DNA from: an uncultured Nitrososphaerales archaeon
GTDB taxonomy: Archaea > Thermoproteota > Nitrososphaeria > Nitrososphaerales > Nitrososphaeraceae
Length of the DNA stretch: 64,000 nucleotides
Direction of reading: 5' to 3'
Assembly: GCA_963841565.1 (NCBI GenBank)
Contig: CAWJCY010000003.1
Coordinates: forward strand, 192,001-256,000
Below are positions 33,375-45,412 of the stretch, one piece after another; the stretch's first letter is position 1, and every line of letters begins with the position of its first letter. Below the pieces are notes generated by a model. That model did not search any database. It was given only the letters and a program-made list of their open reading frames with translations, and was not told where the DNA came from. Made by a program: the position numbers and the translations under genes.

Positions 33375-33714
33375 TCAACGGCTTCAACTCTTCTTGTAAT
33401 TCGGAAAATACCCGTAGATATTCAAGACCTCTTTCCGTTATTTCGTAAAACTGATGTCCGTCTATATGGATGGAATTTAACAGATTCAATCTTAGCAATT
33501 GATTTCGGTACATCTGAAACTGATGCCATGTCAGACAACAGCCATATACAATGTCTATCGGTTTGCATCTTTTTCGATCCGGACTTGAGATGGTATCAGA
33601 GGAGGAAATTATCTTAAGAATTTCGTTGATAATCTCATATTCACCTCTATGCGGTTCTCTACGACGTTTCGTCGCATGTTTTTGGATTACTTCCACCGTA
33701 CTCCACAGTAGCAT
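33349..33714 (-). CDS. Winged-helix transcription regulator
   Basis: HRGEYEIINEIL...IVYGCCLTWHQFQMY...L...YEITERGLEYL; same family as 43676..43969. Confidence 0.8.
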   Translation of the reverse strand: MLLWSTVEVIQKHATKRRREPHRGEYEIINEILKIISSSDTISSPDRKRCKPIDIVYGCCLTWHQFQMYRNQLLRLNLLNSIHIDGHQFYEITERGLEYLRVFSELQEELKPLIDFPSTNT

Positions 33715-35189
33715 CTCTGTTCAGTATTTTACTTTAATTTAACTTACTTTTCTCACTGCAAAAAGCTGAGTCACTAGTGATTTGCAGGTGAAGAAATCAA
33801 TCACGGTAATGTGCCAGGTTTTAATTCAAGAATTCATATACATTGCGCCAAGGCATCTTGACAACATTAGAATTACAAGTTCAAAAGCTTCATATCTTCC
33901 TCGGCACTGAATGCTACCGCACATTAATCTGATCACTGGGTCTCCAGGCAATAAATGGACATTGTTATCGTAATTGTCATGGCCAATTAAAGAGGACCAA
34001 CTTAAATTTCAGATCTTGTTCAAGTGTTACTCTAGAGGGGGAACATCTAGGGTGAGAATCAGTTCGCTAATTATCATGCCAATATTCACGAATCCTCACT
34101 ATTCTAGTATTTAGGTATTGAAAAGCATGGGATTCAACTGCATCGTTACAATCGCCAATTAATCCTTAACAGGTGTAATAAAGTTATTAACTCGATCAAT
34201 GGTCATTTTACATGACAATTTTATTTAGAATCAACAAAGAAGCGATGTCTGGCACTAACTCGATATAACAGACCAACAATTTATTTCACTGTTATTTGCT
34301 TAACGTCACTGCCTATATTGATTACAATCAGTTTCTTTGATACATTTGTGTTTGCACAGGAAGGCAGCATCTCAAGAATCTGGTAACACTCCTGTTACTC
34401 TAATCCCAGCGCTGACTCAAAATACTTTGACCATGGTCGTTGTTGATTGGAACATCTTCTTTCATCCTGGGACTGAGAATTCAAAACATGACAAGGTCAC
34501 CATCAATCACACCGCCAACATCTAAATTAATGAACAAGTATTTTGAGCTGTTAATACTGGCTTTAGTTATTCCATCGGTGATGATTATTGTATTTAGTAT
34601 CTTTATTGTGGGTCGCTAGCTTGATCCTGGCGATTCCGCATATTTACTATTGTTATTCGCTCTTTTTATTCCTGTAGGGGGTGTATTGTTTCTAGTCAAG
34701 AATTTACGGAAGGTTTATTCGACCTGAGGGCGAATGTCTCACCAGCCTCCTTACAAGTCATGTCTGCAAGAGGCTATGCCACCAGTCTTACTTCTAGTGG
34801 ATGTGTATTTGAGAGTCATTAACTGTGACTAAAGGTAATTCATTCCCTTGTCATTTATCATAGATTCCACTTTTTAGAATCACGGTACATTTCCAAGAAG
34901 CGCTTTCCCATATTTGAAATATGGTAGGGTTTCGTATATTGGTTATACATTAGCAATTCAATATGCAGTAGTTCGTAGAGCATCTGTTTTAGCTGCTTGT
35001 ATGAAGGATAGACTTGAAACATGATTCTCTCTTTTTGTTCACCATCCAGAGCAGTATTAAGACTTTAAGCGGTACATTCTGTCTTCGTTCTATAGCGTTG
35101 GAGGTGTCTCAACTTTTACGACAACTGATGGCATTAACTCGCGGTAGAAATAATGGAGACACCAAAGATGAGAATCTTACTAACGTAAT

Positions 35190-35965
35190 AGTTACTGGAA
35201 AGGAAGGAATTACACCTACATCGGAATCGTGTTTACATTATTTGCAATTCTCGCGACAGCGTATTTGGCCATGATAATTTTCTCTGGATTTTTGTACCAT
35301 TTAATGGATTGGATGGAATAATAAATCATCTCCCATTTTATGATAACCCCCACAATGAAGCAGAATTTGAAGGATATTCAGGGAGAGATATTATCCTTGT
35401 ATGCTGTTCATGGGGGCAGGAACTTGCAGATGGAGAGATAACCTACTTTATAGGAGATTATAAAATTGATGAAGGTTCGATCGGAAATAGATATGAGGTT
35501 GATGTGTCTTCAATTGAAGCTGTAAACAAAGCATTTGAGGAATGGGATTCAAAGATAGAACGGTTGAAATTCACTGAAACTCCAACAAGGAGGGGTGCTG
35601 ACGTAGAAATATATTTTCGAGAAGGCCAGAATGAGAAAGCTGGAATTACCAACAACTATTATAATTTCTACGGATTCATATCGAAATCCTACGTTCAAAT
35701 TTCAACGGGTGCATTTGGATTTGCATTTAGCAGCAATCAGATGGAACAAATTGTAAAACATGAGATTGGACATGTTCTCGGATTGGGGCACGCAAATTTT
35801 GATGGTAATTTAATGGCAGCTCAGGTTAATCGCGGAGTCGGTACTGTTTCAAGCTGCGAAGTCGAGGGCGTATACGCGACTAACGAATGGTGGTTTGAAA
35901 AACCTACGGAGACCCAACCACTGTATATCAGACAGCCCACGACTGATCACATAGACTGCAGATAA
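35190..35965 (+). CDS. Matrixin/M10-like zinc metalloprotease; N-terminal TM segment separated by a frameshift near 35290
   Basis: HEIGHVLGLGH metzincin motif plus Met-turn (NLMAA). Upstream frame encodes a TM segment (YIGIVFTLFAILATAYLAMIIF). Confidence 0.85.
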
Positions 35966-36280
35966 CCAGAGCACCCGATGAAGATATATTTTATTCAAGG
36001 AGAGTTCAGATTTAGAGATAAATGGGTCGCAATGCAAAATCCATGGTTGAGGGTACAAGGGGACTTTTCAGAGAGCACATCAATTTGAATTTGGTGCCCA
36101 ACATACATAAAGGATGTTATCGATATCAAATTTAATAATACCAAATCTGCTTTTACTTTGAATTCAACTATTGCACACATTTTCAACTGTAAAGTGTCAA
36201 AAATCAGACTCGCTTAAAATTAATTTTGATCCGAATCCTATTCGACTGCCTTCAGGGATTTCCTAGTTTATTCTACATTT

Positions 36281-36580
36281 TCAGAAGCTTCTTGCCCCGC
36301 AGCTGTAACAATAGACATCATCGTTGTTGATTGCAGAGCCGCACTTGGTGCAAACCTTTAACATATGAGAGGGTGGGACATCCATACTTCTCTTACAATC
36401 TTGACAGAATGTTAAAGAAGCAGGATTTCTTCTACCACAAAACCTACAATAGATACTGTTCCCACTTATGTCAGAGTATTCCTTTTTCAAATCAGTACGA
36501 TTTGTTATAAAATTAATAACCTTATCGAGGAAGTTGGGCATATGTATTATGTAGAATAACTGGAAGATAAACATACACAA
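36281..36580 (-). CDS. Double zinc-ribbon protein
   Basis: CRFCG, CQDC, CTKCG and CYSCG knuckles. Confidence 0.8.
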   Translation of the reverse strand: MCMFIFQLFYIIHMPNFLDKVINFITNRTDLKKEYSDISGNSIYCRFCGRRNPASLTFCQDCKRSMDVPPSHMLKVCTKCGSAINNDDVYCYSCGARSF

Positions 36581-36756
36581 ATTTTTACAGTTCCTCCAAT
36601 TGGATCTTTATTTTCAGGAACTACTTCCAATTAGGGATTGATAAGCAGAGTTTGTGAATCAGTACATAGTCTCTAACAACTAGGAAGACAAAAGAATTTC
36701 TAATGCGGATCAACTAGGAAGCGTATATAAGATCTTTAAGATACACTGTAAGTAAT

Positions 36757-37219
36757 TTGAGAATCTCATTTAAAGTAATGACGATTCACGTAGTAGGTAT
36801 AATCCTACTCATAACTTTTTCAACAAACGTCATGACTGGCATTGCCCTATCAGGAACTGATATACCGAATACTACCTCAAAATCAACTTCTAGCGAGCTT
36901 AGACCTGAGAACGGAGGCGGCAATGCTTCTAGTCAAAGAACTCACAGCGATCTCATTAGAAGTCTGTAGTACTTTTCGTGACATACTTTCAACAGATATG
37001 GCATTATCGTGCGATTACTCTATGCTGTATTACAAGGGACAATGCGAGCTATATTCATCATTGTTGAAGCTGAATGAAACCGAAGCCACGTTGGAGGCTA
37101 AGAATGACCTTTCGTTTTGCTCAGATCCGATGGTCGATAGGTATATTCAAGAACATGGCTTGACCGAAGCACCACGATCTCCTACATTGGTTCCAGGTTA
37201 TGATTCTCCATTTGCCTAA
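36757..37219 (+). pseudogene. Secreted Cys-containing hypothetical protein split by a frameshift
   Basis: Signal-peptide ORF 36757..36969 overlaps ORF 36842..37219, which carries a Cys-containing mature domain. Confidence 0.5.
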
Positions 37220-37448
37220 ATTCTCATTCAGAGCTGACTTATTGTATACTATTATCACTCTCAGAATGAAACGAAAGATGACTCAATGGGAAACCACCAG
37301 ACTGCATGAATCGGGTATTGGATTTCTGGTTGAACTGCAGTTAGGGGTGCTGGCTTTGATGGAGAACTAGCCAATTTACGTCTGAGCACTGATAATACCG
37401 ACGGTATTAAAAAAGTACCTGATCATGCCTTAATAAGTAAAACACTAA

Positions 37449-37922
37449 ATGAACGACCATTGTTCAATAACTCCCTCCCCTAATTCATACATAGCCAAAA
37501 TTTCGTTCTGTCAGTCTGACCACATTGTAATAGCAAGTCTTTGTATTGCAATGCTGGTCATGATTATCTGTTTATCTTCATGCGTACAATTTCTGATACT
37601 GGGTTCAAAGCATATTGTCAATTTTGATAATTATCCAGTATTTGGAGCTCCTCCATTTACACCAGACAATATTTCTGGTAATATTACAGAAGTCATTGAA
37701 AGCGATACGGTGGACATACTAACTCGTGTTGATAAGAAGAGTGGAACCGAGCGAATCAGATTAGTTCTGGTCGACGTACCCGGATATCGGGAACCAGATA
37801 TCTTTGGCACTAAAAATTTGGTAACGGGGATCAGTCTTGATAAAAATGTTCAGGTCGACCCTGACGACAAACAAGATTGGGACAATAGTATGAGTCCTAT
37901 ACTTGTAATGGTTCCAATGTGA
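37449..37922 (+). pseudogene. Degenerate thermonuclease (SNase-like) gene
   Basis: GNITEVIESDTVDI...ERIRLVLVDVP resembles SNase V.DGDT...IRL..VD.PE, but with catalytic substitutions and an early stop. Confidence 0.6.
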
Positions 37923-38562
37923 ACGCAAAAATATTAGATAAAGAATTCGCCAGCATTTATAGGCCCTGTTTCGCAATTTGGTAACTCAGATTCGGCAAAG
38001 AGAAAAGGCTGTTAATTGCTTCTGGTCTAACTCTAACTCTTTGACTTGTGAAAACTGAAGTATTCAAATTGACTTGCCACTTTTTTTTGAACTAACAATA
38101 GCATGGAGTGATTATCTTTTCTGCTACTTTCTCTAAGAGTCAAGTCCAATCTACAACCCATGACACATAAACAAGGTTTTCTATCGTCACTCAATCGAAA
38201 TGGACAATTCTTTTTCTTTGTATATTAAATCTAGTTAGACGGTCATGGCCTACAATAGATCAACTGAATCCGTGGCCTAGATATTCTTATATATGCGTAT
38301 GTAGAACAATGCTGGAAGGATGACTAAGACCGAAAGTGAGAACAACAAAGTAATAGTCTTAAGGAATAAGACTAATGAAGGGTATTTCGTAAGGGATATC
38401 CTAGATAATAGTATATTGAATAATCTTCAACATCATCATTTTCAATTTCTCGTAATGTAATTCGACTGAACTAGAAAGTAGGGGTTGTTGCTCGCGTCCA
38501 GTCCAAGTATGAATATGAGGAGTTAAATTGTAGTTTTGCAAGTACGATAATAGGAAATCACA

Positions 38563-39066
38563 GTGCCTGCATCAGCTATATTTGCTTCACGGATCGTAGC
38601 ATTGGCGGTAATTATTATGATTACTCTAATGCTGGCGCCGATGGCGTTGGTGAAAACATTTCCAGTTGTAAAGACATTTTCACAGGTTCAATCGATAGAA
38701 GAGCCTGAGGCACTCCAAACTAGTGGCCTACTACTACAAGGAGTAAATGCAACTGCTCCAGCCGGAAGAGAGGAAGATATTTACAGCATACCTACTGAGG
38801 GCGAAATTTATCGTATAACGGGGGAGGTCTTGAACAATGATACCGTTCGGTTTAGTAGTGTCCGTGTATCAGCCATGTTACTCGATAGTAACGGTCGAAC
38901 GATAGGTGAGGGGTCAGCGCACACCTCACCATCGGGCATTCAACCAGGTGCAATGGCTGCATTTGAAATCAACGTGTTCAATACTTCAGTGGAAGGAGGC
39001 ATAGGCGCAATTAGCAATTTTACATTGCATGTAGATGGCAATCGGCAAGCGCTGACATTTCGATAA
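38563..39066 (+). CDS. FxLYD-domain secreted protein
   Basis: ITGEVLNN, VRVSAMLLDSNG, IQPG..AFEI. Confidence 0.75.
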   Translation: MPASAIFASRIVALAVIIMITLMLAPMALVKTFPVVKTFSQVQSIEEPEALQTSGLLLQGVNATAPAGREEDIYSIPTEGEIYRITGEVLNNDTVRFSSVRVSAMLLDSNGRTIGEGSAHTSPSGIQPGAMAAFEINVFNTSVEGGIGAISNFTLHVDGNRQALTFR

Positions 39067-39486
39067 TGCTCTCGGTAGATAATATTGTAGTAGTTCTAAT
39101 GTATGTCCAGAATTTTATGTTAAAAAAACAGTTGGCCTCAATTAATTTCAGTGCAGCTCATTGAGTTGCTTCGATAGAACGAATATAGTTTTAGCATATG
39201 TCTAGACAATAATTCTGTGAAAATGCCCAATTGAATTGTAAAACTTAATCATGGGTAGACGCCCATGTAAGCGTTCAACGAATGCCTAGTATTGGATAAA
39301 TTGCAGAGTTGTTTCAGAGCTCGCACTTATAAGCAAAAAAAATTCTATTCAAAAGATGTATTCGTTAAACCCCAGGTAGCTCAGTATGGATTAGGCAGTT
39401 TTTTGTACGTCATTTAAGATGCAAAGGCAGTAAAAGGGATGAATATCTCCCGAAATTTCACTTAATGTTGTAACACATTAACTGTT

Positions 39487-39966
39487 TTACCCAACTTCGA
39501 TATCTCCTCCAGGAATCACTGTATAGCTGCTTACAACTTCGTCGCCTAGATCAGATCTCACACTAAATGACGAGTTCTCTCCTGGTGCCAAGATTATGAA
39601 TCTTGCATTTTCGGTAGAAGATGTAATTAATGTGTCGTTGTTATCATAAAATTGTATTGTTACTTCTGCGGAATTGATGGTGTTATTCGAGTTATTGATA
39701 AGGGTTCCATTTACAATGGTAAATAACAAATCTTCAGAAAAGGTGTGATTAGTTATTTCCAAATATTTAGTATTAAGTACATTTCCCATAGGAGTACTTG
39801 TAGTGTTAGATGTACCAGATATCGACAAGGTGGTCGAGTTACTGCTACCGGATACCAGACCAATAGGGGAAAATTCAATTGAACAGAGTGAAATGATTGC
39901 CAAAGCAAGGATGATTGCTACAATCCTCATGGAGTAAACTGATTTTTCATTTATTGCTTTTTTCAC
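39487..39966 (-). CDS. FxLYD-domain secreted protein
   Basis: IVNGTLINN, VTIQFYDNND, LAPGENSSF. Confidence 0.78.
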   Translation of the reverse strand: MKKAINEKSVYSMRIVAIILALAIISLCSIEFSPIGLVSGSSNSTTLSISGTSNTTSTPMGNVLNTKYLEITNHTFSEDLLFTIVNGTLINNSNNTINSAEVTIQFYDNNDTLITSSTENARFIILAPGENSSFSVRSDLGDEVVSSYTVIPGGDIEVG

Positions 39967-40420
39967 GACCTAGAATAGCAACCTTGTTATATATGAATTG
40001 ATTGGGCAAACGGGGATAAAGGTTCGCCTTGTTGTACCATCAAGATCTATAAAGAGACACCACATAGTCATAATGCGTAAGAAATTGGATATTACTAAGC
40101 ACTGAACCGCGTCGCCATTAGTAGCTATAGAATTGAGCTAACAAATGGACCAACTTCTTTTATTGTTTGGTCTATTATATCTATCCTGGATCTCCTGTAA
40201 TTGAAATGCTAAACATGATTTCACGATCATTGGGATATGGCTAGGAAGTAAATGATCCCTAGGAAGTCAATTTCCAAAACAATTCAATTTCTCATTTATC
40301 CCAAATGTAGAAATGGACGACAGGGATAATTTAAGATTCTGACCAGATGTTCTCAACTTTAGAATTAGCCTAGACACAGGTTGCATTATATCTAGGCGCC
40401 ACGTATATTATTAAACAACG

Positions 40421-40867
40421 ATGACATACACTCTCCTCTTCGGTAATAACTTCATTTCAGATAACCCCAAATCTGTGAAGTGTGATAACACTACTTTATT
40501 TTTTTTGGGTGAGGATTCCAATGGACCCTTCCTGACGACAAAACTCTCTGATCTTTCGGGAAAGCATGTAATACTTAGCATTGACAAAAACTTCTGTACT
40601 TACTGCTCCCATGATTTAGTTCTAAAAAAAAATGAGCGCAATCATATCCTGGTAGACAGTAAGGATGGAGAAAATATCATCCAATCAAGAATCTTAGATA
40701 AGACAACAATCCTCGTCAGCGGTATGTTTTCAATAAAGAAGTATGTGCTCGTAGTAACTCAAAATTATGTTATATCCCCTAGCGGCAAAAGGATTATGCA
40801 TAGCAGAATCAGTGCAAAAAATAGTTCCGTAACGCTCAACGATGAGAAGATTATGCCAGATGGTTGA
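40421..40867 (+). CDS. Hypothetical protein
   Basis: 148-aa ATG ORF with an upstream TATA-like element; no family recognised. Confidence 0.55.
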   Translation: MTYTLLFGNNFISDNPKSVKCDNTTLFFLGEDSNGPFLTTKLSDLSGKHVILSIDKNFCTYCSHDLVLKKNERNHILVDSKDGENIIQSRILDKTTILVSGMFSIKKYVLVVTQNYVISPSGKRIMHSRISAKNSSVTLNDEKIMPDG

Positions 40868-41652
40868 GGGCTGGCTAGGTCACAGTTATGTATGCATTTG
40901 ATTCACAATCTTAGTAGTGTATCGAAGAATAGTATCCTCAAACTGAACATTCGACATTTGGAATAATATATTGAATATTGACCAATAAGATACTCTCTTA
41001 GCTGTCACAGTAAGATTATTAATTGAACTCGTATTCTCTTCTAAGACAACAGTGTTGATTTCTATATCCAGTTGATGCTCTCAGTAAATACAGTAGGGAG
41101 AGATTCTGGTGAATTCATGTAAGTTAATTCCAAGGATATATTTAATGGCGGAATTGCCAGTTTCTCCGTTTTCTCTGGCCGAGACTATTAGTTTAGGTCA
41201 TCTAGTGGGTATTGTTTCTCTTCCCCAAACATCAAATCAAATGACCACAAGAATTACTAATGCCTTTGTTTGCGTCCATAGATGAAGTCGCGAACGACAA
41301 GCGTTATCGCTCTGATCTCGTTTTAAAAAATCGTCACGACCGTCTTTCTTTTAACTTCAGCCACGATTCTTTTAGAGTTCGAAGTTTTTCCCTTGCTCTC
41401 AGTGGAATACGAGATTACAGCAACTATGCTCGAAAGTAACAGTTCAGTAACCTGTGGCTTTGGCTGGCTATGAATAATACTTTATCTGCACAAAAAATAG
41501 GAAAAACTAAATCACTTTACCGCAGAAAGGGTGTCAACCATCGTAATTTGAGTCATTTTGGGGAATAATAATATAAGTAGGGACATAACATAGTATTGTA
41601 ATATAATAATGGTGTCTATCCCAGGCAGAAGTGTTAAGGAGTCCAAAGAAAT

Positions 41653-42051
41653 ATGATGTCTCTTTCGGAAATCTTTTCTGTTCTTTCGGATGATGACTCT
41701 TTAAGGATAATTCAAATGATAGTCGATCATCGCGATCCGAAGATCACTGACTTTGAAAGTCCAAAGCGCTATTACACAAGGCTTTCAAAACTAAAGAACG
41801 CGCTTGTCGTAAAGAGGAAGGGTAGGTCTTACGAACTGACAGCCTTTGGATTGGTAATTTATGACATGATTCAGACGGTCAAACTGGCGCATGACCTCCA
41901 TTGGAAGTTGCAGGTCATAGATGCGATAGGCGATAGAGTACCTGACGTGGAACGTCAGCAAATCATTGAATCTTTGATACTAGACAAGTCTATCAGAAAG
42001 ACGCTGATAGAGACCCGACTTGCAAATCTCGAACCAATTAAAGTTGATTGA
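41653..42051 (+). CDS. ArsR-like winged-helix protein
   Basis: IFSVLSDDDSLRI...KRYYTRLSKL....V.RKG.SYELTAFG; WKLQVIDAI. Confidence 0.75.
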   Translation: MMSLSEIFSVLSDDDSLRIIQMIVDHRDPKITDFESPKRYYTRLSKLKNALVVKRKGRSYELTAFGLVIYDMIQTVKLAHDLHWKLQVIDAIGDRVPDVERQQIIESLILDKSIRKTLIETRLANLEPIKVD

Positions 42052-42366
42052 ATAGCCAACTTCAATTCCAATTGATTAGATGACCATTCATTTAATAATT
42101 CGTGAATATGGTGCCCCCCGATGTGAGAATAGCTGTTTGGTATACACCCAGTATTGAATAGTTTGTGCCAATAGGTCAAAAATAAGGTAAAAGTCCTTGT
42201 CACTTCTATCTCGTTGATTTGTGCTTCTAATTTGTTCATGCGTCCATGTTTTGATTAAAATCCCAGTTAATTCTAGACAATGCTCGTAGTAAAAGGATTT
42301 CAGACCCTGCAATAGGCTTTAATCGATGTGGACCTTGTGAATCCATTTTAATTCGTTTAATATTGA

Positions 42367-42833
42367 CTATCTGATGAATGTCAATTCATTCTTTTCAAGT
42401 AGTCTAGATACATATTTAGCAAACCGCGGGATATCATTTTCCATTTTTTCGGCTGTTATCAATAACACGTTTCTATCCGCTAGTTGAAATACCAATGCAT
42501 GTACGTCATCAAAATCCAAGTAAAGGTAATGAAGAAACCCGATTTTCCTTGAATATTTGAATAAGGATCTTACCAACTCATTAAGTTGCATAGCCAATCC
42601 CCCATCTGTTCAGGACTAAGGAGTAGAGAGACATCCTCTCTCATCCTAAATTGCTTTAGCGTTCCTCTGGGTCCTAACAGGCTAACAGACCTAACGGTAG
42701 ATGACGCAGAGAGTATTTGTGATATTATGTAATTAGTAGTTGCTTTATAATTGCGCATGTTCATCATTTTGTGCAGCTGCGAGAATAGATAGGTATTAAT
42801 TTGTAATAAATGTCTACAAAATGATTTTTTCAT
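42367..42833 (-). pseudogene. Roadblock/longin-like (DUF6659-type) protein split by a frameshift near 42600
   Basis: ILSASSTVRSVSLLGPRG...MREDVSLLLS continues into KIGFLHYLYLDFDDV..LVF....VLLITAE in another frame. Confidence 0.6.
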
Positions 42834-42937
42834 TAATTAGAGCAATTAGTGCTAAGATTACATTCTTTTTTAGAGGGATTAATAATAAATCTCACTTAAT
42901 GGATATTTCTATATAACTAATTATCCTTCTTATTAAT

Positions 42938-43147
42938 ATGGTAGAGGCTATTCTAAATTGGGATAGATTAATCCATAAGAGCGTGCGTTCTAGCGACTAC
43001 GAAGATATGGGAAATATCATAGGGATGGATCCTGAGTTTCTTACGTTGATGATGGGAAGGCATGAATTTAAGATACCAAAAACTGCAATTCAAGGGTTCA
43101 ATGGTAGCGAAGTATTTTTGAAAATTCCTCCGTTAAGAAGTCTATAA
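42938..43147 (+). CDS. Small PRC-barrel-like hypothetical protein
   Basis: NWDRLIHKSVRSSDYEDMGNI...FKIPK..IQGFNGSEVFLKIP; paralog of 9682..9939. Confidence 0.65.
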   Translation: MVEAILNWDRLIHKSVRSSDYEDMGNIIGMDPEFLTLMMGRHEFKIPKTAIQGFNGSEVFLKIPPLRSL

Positions 43148-43675
43148 ACTTGAAGTAAAGATCTGATAAGAATAGAAAGTATTAGTGATTGTCATCGCGT
43201 TCCGGTAGTCTGGTAGTGAACGTGAGGTACAAAAACATAAGAATTATTGTTGAAAATGCTAACCCCGATCCAATCTTCACCCGTTTAAAGGCATTTCCTT
43301 CTACCTTTGATGAAAGGTGCATTGTCCGGATGGCGCGAGATACAAGAAAATTAGGAATCTCGTTGTTCCCTGTCAGCCAACTCAACGATGACTGTTCTGA
43401 CAATTCCTGGTACCTCAAAGATGACCCATCCATTGTCTTCTTTTTCTAATAATGTGTAGACCTCACCTCGCCTTTTGAATTGAATGGGTCCACAAGATGA
43501 GTGATAATAACAATATTTAGTAGAGTTTTTCTTGTAGAATGGATACTTCTAAGACCAGATATTTACCTTTGTTGGGATAGCTAAATACCTTACTTAGATA
43601 CATACCAACGTAACTTTTAGTAATAACAGAAGGTTCACATAAATATCTAGTTTTCATGTTCTGTCTGATTCTATT

Positions 43676-43969
43676 ATGAAATACAGAAGCAGAACCGAAA
43701 TTGTTGGCCTAATTCTAGAGGCCGCAAACGGAGGAGGAGCTACCAAGACAAAAATAATGTACAAAGCATTTCTATCGTTCGCTCAGCTACGAGAATACCT
43801 AACGACACTACAGGACAATGGACTTATTGAATACGAAGGTGGAATGCAAACATACAGAACTACTGAAAAAGGAATGAGACTGTTGGATATTTACGAGAAG
43901 ATGCACGAATTAGCACCACCGCTTACGACGACAGCAGAAAACAGATTCGTAGGCATTGGAGGTCACTAA
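43676..43969 (+). CDS. Winged-helix transcription regulator
   Basis: MKYRSRTEIV..ILEAA..GATKTKIMYKAFLSFAQLREYL...YRTTEKG is a typical archaeal HTH_45-like regulator. Confidence 0.9.
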   Translation: MKYRSRTEIVGLILEAANGGGATKTKIMYKAFLSFAQLREYLTTLQDNGLIEYEGGMQTYRTTEKGMRLLDIYEKMHELAPPLTTTAENRFVGIGGH

Positions 43970-43971
43970 GA

Positions 43972-44853
43972 ATGAACCAAACAAGTACTGCAAAATCGAT
44001 AATGTTTGCCATCGTTGCGATGGGCATAGTGTTCTCGGTAAGCGGATTGATTGCTGGGACATATAACGACAGCTTATGCAACACACCCAGGAAACATCGC
44101 AATAATGACAATGATGACGATGATGCGGCGGCTCCGGAGTTGACACGGCAACTGCATTCCAGCTCACTACTGCACAGGAACCATCAACTAACGCAGCATG
44201 TGGACAAGTCGTAAGCGGAGTAGTAAATCTAACTGCAAATCTTAACTGCAGTGGAGATGGTATCATAGTAGGTGGTCCAAACACAGTAATTAACATGAAT
44301 GGATTCTCAATCACAGGACCTGGACAGGACAGACTCTAAAGTTGGAATTATGGTACCAAATGTTGATAATGTAGTAGTAAATGGACCTGGTTCAATAAGC
44401 AACTTCCAAGCAGGAGTACTTCTTACTGGAGCAACTGGATTTGCGATTAATTCTGTCATACTATCTAACAATCAGATAGGTACATTTATGACAGGAGCTG
44501 AAAATGCACAAGTACAACAAAACATCATACAAGGTAATAGTATAGGTGTAGCATCTCACTCAAGTACAGGTGCTGCTATAGACTCAAACCTTATGAATGG
44601 AAACTTGCTAGCAGGAATAACATTTGTCAACTCACAACAGTCCAACATAGGAATGAACAATGTAGTTGGAAGTCAGAATGGAGTATTTCTTGATGGACAG
44701 AGCATACAGAATACAATATCAGCCAATAACGTACTTGAGAATGTAATTGACCTTAACAATGCAAACGGACTACCAACAAACATCAATGCAAATCAGTATG
44801 TAGACAACAGCTGTGAGACAAGTAATCCAAGTGGTCTGTGTATAGGAAGGTAA
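43972..44853 (+). pseudogene. Secreted right-handed parallel beta-helix (NosD-like) protein with frameshifts
   Basis: Signal peptide, Thr-rich linker, CGQVV.G.V.LTANLNCSGDG in an intermediate frame, then NN.IG/GI repeats ending NSCETSNPSGLC. Confidence 0.75.
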
Positions 44854-44874
44854 AGCGGGACAAGACCAATCAAC

Positions 44875-44884
44875 TCTTTTTTTT
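44875..44884 (+). terminator. Oligo(T) archaeal terminator
   Basis: ctttttttt about 25 nt after the stop at 44853. Confidence 0.45.
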
Positions 44885-45412
44885 AAGTCACCAAATCGCC
44901 CGTTTGATTGAGTGGTTAAGGCTTCATTTCAATTTTAAAGAACAACAGAACACAAGAATCATACAATTGTTAAAGTAAATATCTCGATTAGTGTTGTTAT
45001 TGATCATTCTTCGTTGTTTTGTAGCAACAATAGCTTCTCTGATGCTCGGTACAATGTTTTACTGTATGTCTATCTTCTCTCTCTTCTTGACTCTTATAAG
45101 TCGAAGCTACTTATGAGGGAAAAAGAGAATGTACCCTAACGTATCTCCTGTGTAAAACAAAAGCATTACTAGTAATATATTTGAAATCCTCTCCATCGAT
45201 TTCCTCTACTCCCTAACCCAATTTAGGAGCTAAACCTCACTATTTAAAGATGGAAATTCATGAACACTATTCAATATAACAAGTGTTAAATCGGTTATCG
45301 TTTTTAACTAAACTATGTGACACACGTAAAGCGAACAGTTATTTGTGCATTCATGTGTAACGCAATTTAAAAGAATCCTTTATATCCTTCTTCCACTTAT
45401 GAAAAGTTCCTA

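Noticed and set aside
37340-37430. TPP- or fluoride-riboswitch-like words (aggggtgc, ctgag, acctgatc; gatggag...ctgataa)
   Set aside because: The required helices and 3' consensus (TPP P5/GCG-AGG, fluoride pseudoknot) are absent, and the downstream gene is unrelated.
39370-39395. tRNA 5'-half-like fragment (ggtagctcagtatggattag)
   Set aside because: No anticodon or T arm follows; too short to distinguish from chance.
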